Shown here one piece after another: positions 25,089 to 30,422 of a stretch of 30,422 nt of DNA. Under the pieces are notes generated by a model that searched no databases, was not told where the DNA came from, and saw only the letters and a program-made list of their open reading frames with translations. Made by a program: the position numbers and the translations under genes. Positions within the stretch are counted from its first letter, which is position 1; every line of letters starts with the position of its first letter. The DNA is from a virus (Duplodnaviria > Caudoviricetes), in the IMG/VR virus record IMGVR_UViG_3300027271_000080, positions 1-30,422 of that record. One strand, 5' to 3'.

Positions 25089-25790
25089 ATGTCGAACAAT
25101 GATCTGATCGTTCCTCGCTTTTTCGTGCATACCATGCAGGACAACAAGGCCACGCGCGAGCAGGGCCGCCCGATCTTCAAGGACGTGGAATGCGTCGAAA
25201 TCCGCATGGCGGCCAACAAACAGACTGTGGCGGTGTTCCCGGCTCACGAGGTTTGGCAGTGGGGTGAGATCGACGGTATCCGCCAGCCTATCACCTACGC
25301 GATGCGCTTCCCGGACCAGTACAAGCGCTTCAAGGCCAACGAGGCGCAGGCCATGACTGGCACACCGCTGGAGGAACTGCCTTTCCTGACGCAGGCGAAG
25401 CGCTCCGAGTTGAAGGCGCTCAGCATCTATACCGCCGAGGCGCTGGCCTCTCTCGACGGGCAGCCGCTCAAGCAGCTTGGCATGGGCGGCCGTGAACTGA
25501 AAAATCAGGCGCAGGCGTACCTTGCGAATGCGACGGACAGCGCGGCTGTGACACGGCTGGCGAGCGAGAATGAATCGCTGAAAGCGCAGCTTGCAGAACT
25601 TCGTTCTGAAGCCGCCGCGCCGGCTACCCAGCAGCCATCCCCCTTCGATGACATGGACGCCGAGACCCTGAAATCGTGGATCGCGGATGCCAGCGGCCAG
25701 CGACCGCGCGGAAATCCGAACCATGAGACGTTGGTGCGCATGGCAAGCGAGATCAACGACCAGATCAAGGCCAAGAAAGAAGCGGCATGA
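25089..25790 (+). CDS. Conserved phage protein of the morphogenesis module, function unknown
   Basis: GGAGA RBS; GRPIFKD, GTPLEELPFL, IYTAEALA motifs; HhH-like centre and small C-terminal helical domain. Confidence 0.75.
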   Translation: MSNNDLIVPRFFVHTMQDNKATREQGRPIFKDVECVEIRMAANKQTVAVFPAHEVWQWGEIDGIRQPITYAMRFPDQYKRFKANEAQAMTGTPLEELPFLTQAKRSELKALSIYTAEALASLDGQPLKQLGMGGRELKNQAQAYLANATDSAAVTRLASENESLKAQLAELRSEAAAPATQQPSPFDDMDAETLKSWIADASGQRPRGNPNHETLVRMASEINDQIKAKKEAA

Positions 25791-26473
25791 CCGTCCTTTC
25801 AGCCTGCCAGTCGGCCGCGACCCGCCTCATCGGTGAGCGGCCAACGACCATCTTCTCATCGTCTGAGAAGTTCGAGATGGAGCTTGCCGATCTGTCTACC
25901 GAGACGGCAATCGCCATCGCGAAGGCGCATGACTGGCAGAGGCTGACCAAGATGGCTACGCTGGTGGGCGATGGATCAACCGTCGCTTTCAGCCTGCCGG
26001 CCGACTACGACCGCATGATGAAGGATGGCGGAGTTCATTCGTCGCTGTTTTCGACTGCGATGTTCAGGAAGGCGAACGATCTGGACGAGTGGCTGTTCTT
26101 GCAGGATGAGGTCACGACCGGAATGCCGGGGAACTGGATCATCCTCGGCGGTGAGATGCAAATCATGCCCGCCATCGCACCCAATGAAACAGCGCGTTTC
26201 TATTACATCAGCAATCAGATCGTGAGCGGAGGCAAGAGCGCATTCGACGCCGACGACCAGATGTTTGTTCTCCCCGAACGGCTCCTGACGCTCGGCTTGA
26301 TCTGGCGCTGGCGGGCGCAGAAACGCATGGAGTATGCGGAGGACCTGACTAACTATGAGCTTGCGCTGTCCGAAGAGATCGGGCGCGACAAGGGGCAGAA
26401 GCCGTTGACTATCGGTCATCAGCGCATCCCTGCCGGCGTAAACACGCCATATCCGGGCAATCTCGGGGTTTAA
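25787..26473 (+). CDS. Head-to-tail adaptor (tail tubular protein A-like)
   Basis: 228 aa, MTVLSACQ start, HDWQRL, FSLPADYDR; podovirus gene order. Confidence 0.7.
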   Translation: MTVLSACQSAATRLIGERPTTIFSSSEKFEMELADLSTETAIAIAKAHDWQRLTKMATLVGDGSTVAFSLPADYDRMMKDGGVHSSLFSTAMFRKANDLDEWLFLQDEVTTGMPGNWIILGGEMQIMPAIAPNETARFYYISNQIVSGGKSAFDADDQMFVLPERLLTLGLIWRWRAQKRMEYAEDLTNYELALSEEIGRDKGQKPLTIGHQRIPAGVNTPYPGNLGV

Positions 26474-26474
26474 G

Positions 26475-28361
26475 ATGCGCCGCCCGGCTGCACGGACCAA
26501 GCCCCGCATTGCGCGAATGCAGAGTTTCCCCGCGCCCGTCAACGGTTGGATCAGGAATATCAATCTCGCAACGCCAGATGCGCGCCTGCCTGATGGTCGG
26601 AAGGTCAATGGCGCTGCCATGCTGGTCAACTGGTTCCCGATGGCAACCGGGATCAGGATGCGCGGTGGGACAGATTACTATGCTCAGTTGGATGGTGGCC
26701 CCGATCTTGAGGCGCTGTTTACATATGTTAACGGCAATAATCGGTCGCTGTTCGCGGCAACTCATGACAGCATATTCGATATCTCGTCGTCGGTATTCAG
26801 TTTTCTGGTGGATGAGGATGACAACACGCTGGTTGATGATCTGGGTAACGCGCTGATCGACAGTTCTCTCACCGCGACCGTAAACGGCTTCACCAGCGGC
26901 AAGTGGTCAACTGCTCAGTTCGCAACGACCGGGGGCGTCTTTCTCGATCTTGTAAACGGCTCTGACAACAAGCTGATTTATGACGGGGCGAATTTCTATC
27001 CCGTAACCGACCAGGACCTGACCGCACTTAATTATGACGGCGGGACGGTGGCCTTTACGGTCGGACAGGTGTTGACGGGGGGCACGTCGGCTGCGACGGG
27101 GACCGTCGTCAAGGTGATTGGCGACGCAGTTGCAGGAACGCTCTGGCTTAGCGGCACGGCCGATGCCTTTCAGAATGACGAGGTTATCACAGACGGACTC
27201 GGCGGGGCCGCCGTTGCTGATGGCAGTAATCCTCTCTTGTTCGGCAAGCTTACCGGCATTGAAACAAACAAGCTGTCGCACAATTGGGTCTACAAGAACC
27301 GCCTGTTCTACGTCGAGAAAGACAGTCTGAATTTCTGGTATCTGCCCGTTGATAGCATCACCGGCGCCGCAACTAAGTTCTCGATGGGTGGTATCTTTCC
27401 GCTCGGCGGGTCGTTGTTGTTCGGTGCGTCGTGGTCGATTGAGTCCGGCGACGGCCTGTCCGAGCAGTGCGCCTTTTTCTCAACAGAGGGAGAGGTTGCG
27501 GTGTTTCAGGGCCCGGACCCGTCCGACGCCGCGAAGTGGTCAAAGGTTGGCGTCTACCGGATAGGCAATCCGCGCGGCCCAAAGGCATTCATTCGTGCCG
27601 GCGGAGACCTCGTGATCGCTACAGATATTGGTTTTGTGCCTCTTTCAATCGCCACTCAGCGCGATATCGCCGCCTTGTCGCCGTCAGCGATTTCATACCC
27701 GATCGAAGTCGCTTGGAACGATACTATCCGTGAGCGCTCGTTTGCAGACTGGAATTGCATCGTGTGGCCGACAAAGCAGATGGTTCTTGTCGCGCCGCCG
27801 ACGCGGGCCGACCAGGAGAAGCAGGTTCTTGTCGCTAACGCCCGGACCGGGGCATGGTCCCTGTTCACCGGACTGGATGTGACATGCTTCGCTCTTTTTG
27901 ACGACAGGCTGTTCTTCGGCTCCAAGAATGGCGTCGTGGCTGAAATGGAAGTAACCGGGTCTGATCTCGGGTCGCCCTATGTAGCGACCGTGGTGCCATT
28001 GTTTGATCCGCTGAAAAATCCGGCCTCGCTCAAGAACGGACTACTGGCACGCTCCACAATCCGAGCGACGAGCGATGTGCGTGTGAAACTGTCATTGCAG
28101 GCGGACCACGATATCAGGCTACCTGCGCCGCCTGATGATATCTCGGTGGCTGTCGGCAGCGTTTGGGGCGGCGCGCAGTGGGGGCAGGGCGTCTGGGGCA
28201 CCAAGGCCGTCAAGACAACGATCAGCGATTGGCAGTCGGTGGGCGGCACGGGCTACGCCCTATCAATCGCCGCACAGACAACGAGCGGTTCGGCTTCTGC
28301 GCCGGATGTCGAGTATGTGCAGACCGAACTGACTTACGACATGGGCGATATCGTTACATGA
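26475..28361 (+). CDS. Tail nozzle / DNA stabilization protein (tubular protein B or P22 gp10-like)
   Basis: 628 aa beta-propeller-like; PAPVNGW N-terminus, YKNRLFYV, TGAWSLF; follows adaptor. Confidence 0.75.
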   Translation: MRRPAARTKPRIARMQSFPAPVNGWIRNINLATPDARLPDGRKVNGAAMLVNWFPMATGIRMRGGTDYYAQLDGGPDLEALFTYVNGNNRSLFAATHDSIFDISSSVFSFLVDEDDNTLVDDLGNALIDSSLTATVNGFTSGKWSTAQFATTGGVFLDLVNGSDNKLIYDGANFYPVTDQDLTALNYDGGTVAFTVGQVLTGGTSAATGTVVKVIGDAVAGTLWLSGTADAFQNDEVITDGLGGAAVADGSNPLLFGKLTGIETNKLSHNWVYKNRLFYVEKDSLNFWYLPVDSITGAATKFSMGGIFPLGGSLLFGASWSIESGDGLSEQCAFFSTEGEVAVFQGPDPSDAAKWSKVGVYRIGNPRGPKAFIRAGGDLVIATDIGFVPLSIATQRDIAALSPSAISYPIEVAWNDTIRERSFADWNCIVWPTKQMVLVAPPTRADQEKQVLVANARTGAWSLFTGLDVTCFALFDDRLFFGSKNGVVAEMEVTGSDLGSPYVATVVPLFDPLKNPASLKNGLLARSTIRATSDVRVKLSLQADHDIRLPAPPDDISVAVGSVWGGAQWGQGVWGTKAVKTTISDWQSVGGTGYALSIAAQTTSGSASAPDVEYVQTELTYDMGDIVT

Positions 28362-28816
28362 TCGAGGCGAGGCTTGTCGATCCCGACCGGGAGCACGACC
28401 TAACTCGCGCGGTAGGCGATTTCGTGTCTGTTCGTATCTTCGGGCGCCCCGGGCTTATTGACCAGTATGTCGCGATGGCTGTTGTGGATCGTGGTCACGT
28501 CATTGCTGGAGTTCTTTACAATAACTGGCACCCGGAAAATGGCGTGATCGAAATGCACGCGGCATCGGCCGACAAGAGATGGCTGACGCGGCCAGTGTTG
28601 AAAGCAATATTCGCCTATCCGTTCGATCGAATTGGGTGCCAGCTTTGCGTCCTGCGCGTTTCTGAGCGCAATGCGCCGATGCTCCGCATCGCGAGGGCGT
28701 ATGGGTTTAACGCCTATCCGATCCCTCGCTTGCGAGGCCGAGATGAAGCGGAATATATCCTGACGCTGACGGATGACGATTGGCGCTCCAATCGATTTAA
28801 CAAGGATGCTGCTTGA
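28358..28816 (+). CDS. GNAT-family acetyltransferase-like protein
   Basis: AGVLYNNW...IEMH...WLTR..L..IF.YPF...SERN...GF; start re-called at MIEARL; usual position before ejection genes. Confidence 0.75.
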   Translation: MIEARLVDPDREHDLTRAVGDFVSVRIFGRPGLIDQYVAMAVVDRGHVIAGVLYNNWHPENGVIEMHAASADKRWLTRPVLKAIFAYPFDRIGCQLCVLRVSERNAPMLRIARAYGFNAYPIPRLRGRDEAEYILTLTDDDWRSNRFNKDAA

Positions 28817-29847
28817 TGGGCAAAAACACGCCTACACCGCCTCCGGCGCCCGATCCGGTCAAGACTGCCGAAGCGCAGCAGACCATGAACCAGAACACTG
28901 CGACCACGCAGCAGCTTCTGAACATGGTTAATCAGGTCACGCCGGACGGCTCGTTGACCTATAACCAGACGGGATCGAACAGCTTTGTAGGAGCGGACGG
29001 AAAGACCTACACCGTCCCGCAGTTCACGGCGACGCAGACGCTATCTCCGACCGGTCAGAAGCTGCTGGATACGACGAACGTCACCAAGCAGAATCTTGCC
29101 GACGCTGGCGTTACCGCCTCGAACACGATCAACAGCGTCCTCGGTAAGCCCGTCGATCTGAGCAATGACGCGGTTGAGAACCGATTGTTCGAGCTTGGGT
29201 CGGCGCGGCTGACGCCGCAATTCCAGCGCGACGAAAACGCGCTGCGTACGCAGTTGATCAACGCTGGTATTCGGCCTGGCACCGAAGCCTGGAACACCGA
29301 AATGACGCGGCTCGGTCAGAGCAAGAGTGACGCGCTGAACCAGCTTGTTCTCGGCGGCCGGCAGCAGTCGATCAACGAAATCCTGACCGAACGCAACCAG
29401 CCGCTCAATGAGATCATTGGGCTCATGTCCGGGTCTCAGGTGAGCCAGCCAGGTTTCACCAACACGCCGCAATCGCAGGTGGCCGGTGTGGATTATGCCG
29501 GCATGGTGCAGAATAACTACAACAACGCCATGAAGCAGTATCAGGCGGACATGAGCAGCAACAACGCCGCGATGGGCGGCATGTTTGGACTTGGCGGTAC
29601 GCTCGGCGCGGCGGCAATCAAGTATGGCGCGCCGCTTATGCTTTCTGACCGTCGTGCCAAGGAGAATATCCGGCGCGTCGGCACACTCGACAATGGTCTG
29701 CCGGTCTATCTGTACACCTACATTGGCGACGACACGCCGATGATAGGGGTGATGGCTGATGAGGTTGAGGTGGTCGCCCCGCATGCCGTCGTGACCGGGG
29801 CGGACGGTTTGAAGCGCGTGAACTACGCCGAAGCGGTGAGGGCCTGA
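28816..29847 (+). CDS. Internal virion/ejection protein with C-terminal S74-like chaperone domain
   Basis: MGK..PP..PDP start, Q/N/T-rich body, glycine-rich hydrophobic segment, then SDRRAKENI...Y.Y.Y...GVMADEVE...VNY. Confidence 0.75.
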   Translation: MGKNTPTPPPAPDPVKTAEAQQTMNQNTATTQQLLNMVNQVTPDGSLTYNQTGSNSFVGADGKTYTVPQFTATQTLSPTGQKLLDTTNVTKQNLADAGVTASNTINSVLGKPVDLSNDAVENRLFELGSARLTPQFQRDENALRTQLINAGIRPGTEAWNTEMTRLGQSKSDALNQLVLGGRQQSINEILTERNQPLNEIIGLMSGSQVSQPGFTNTPQSQVAGVDYAGMVQNNYNNAMKQYQADMSSNNAAMGGMFGLGGTLGAAAIKYGAPLMLSDRRAKENIRRVGTLDNGLPVYLYTYIGDDTPMIGVMADEVEVVAPHAVVTGADGLKRVNYAEAVRA

Positions 29848-29849
29848 CA

Positions 29850-30422
29850 ATGGCGGTTCAAGCGGCAAGCCCGTTTGTTTGGGGCGCTGGCGGCGCCCGC
29901 ATGACGCCTGACGAGATTGCGGCCGAGCGCAAGGTGGCTCAGGCTCTGATGCAGCAGGGCATGGATTACTCGCCCATCCAGTCGCCGTGGCAGGGCGCGG
30001 CGCGCGTGGCGCAGGCGATGATGGGCGGGCTGGACTCGGCACGGGCGGACGCTGCGGCGCGGGCGAATGCCAAGGCCGAGGCGGACCTACTGTCCGATCC
30101 GGCCATTTTCGGTTTGCCGGCACAATCCACGGCGGCGCCGGCTGTCTCTACCCCGATGGGCGCGACCAGCATCCCGGCCGGCAAGGACGAGTTTGTGAAC
30201 TCGGTCATGCCACTTGCGCAGGAGGCATCGGCCAAGACGGGTCTGGACCCGCGTCTGATCGTTGCTCAGGCCGCGTTGGAAAGCGGTTGGGGGAAGAGCT
30301 CGCCGGGCAACAACCTGTTCGGAATCAAGTCACACGGCCAGCCGGGCGGTAACGTCCTGCCAACGACCGAGGTTGTGAACGGGCAGCCGGTGCAGACCAC
30401 GGACAGTTTCCGCGCCTATGGC
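29850..30422 (+). CDS. Ejection protein with GH73 (FlgJ-like) peptidoglycan hydrolase domain; truncated by window end
   Basis: Translated by hand (absent from ORF track): MAVQAASPF...[13 protein letters not shown]...NNLFGIK...TTEVVNG...FRAY. Confidence 0.88.
   Translation, partial: MAVQAASPFVWGAGGARMTPDEIAAERKVAQALMQQGMDYSPIQSPWQGAARVAQAMMGGLDSARADAAARANAKAEADLLSDPAIFGLPAQSTAAPAVSTPMGATSIPAGKDEFVNSVMPLAQEASAKTGLDPRLIVAQAALESGWGKSSPGNNLFGIKSHGQPGGNVLPTTEVVNGQPVQTTDSFRAYG

Larger units (their letters stand above)
1..30422. mobile_element. Temperate phage/prophage segment (lambdoid early region plus podovirus-like head/tail module); extends beyond both window edges
   Basis: Divergent repressor/cro switch, primase-helicase, TerS-TerL-portal-scaffold-capsid-adaptor-nozzle-ejection gene order, dense overlapping small ORFs. 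Confidence 0.96.

Noticed and set aside
1-30422. tRNA, rRNA, integrase/att, lysis genes, reverse transcriptase/DGR
   Set aside because: None recognised by eye within the window; they may lie outside it

Overview
The whole window is an internal part of a temperate phage or prophage genome, GC-rich and most likely from an alphaproteobacterial (Rhizobiales-like) host, judged from gene content and a GTTC-N7-GTTC LexA box. Its layout is lambdoid. (i) 1-6154: a leftward early operon of small, tightly overlapped ORFs, including a compact C5-cytosine methyltransferase and a beta-clamp-like protein. (ii) 6186-8743: an immunity region with palindromic operators (CACGCTATAGCGTG) at both ends, a short peptidase-less CI-like repressor, a Cro-like gene and cargo genes (Arc-like regulator, lipoprotein, hicB-hicA-like pair). 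(iii) 8740-15450: a rightward early/replication operon (CII-like, DnaA-domain-IV protein, dATP/dGTP diphosphohydrolase, RuvC-like, PD-(D/E)XK nuclease, SSB-like, primase-helicase) ending in a 3x3 iteron array that looks like an origin. (iv) 15475-17430: a candidate late regulator and moron-like genes. (v) 17857-30422: podovirus-type morphogenesis genes (TerS, TerL, portal, scaffold, major capsid, decoration, adaptor, nozzle, GNAT and ejection proteins, the last with a GH73 domain). The most notable candidate system is a small ORF behind a LexA box, transcribed antisense into the 3' end of the repressor, whose product resembles the repressor's own C-terminal helices; this could be an SOS-triggered antirepressor/antisense induction switch. 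No integrase, att site or lysis cassette lies in the window. All family assignments come from motif recognition by eye, not database searches.
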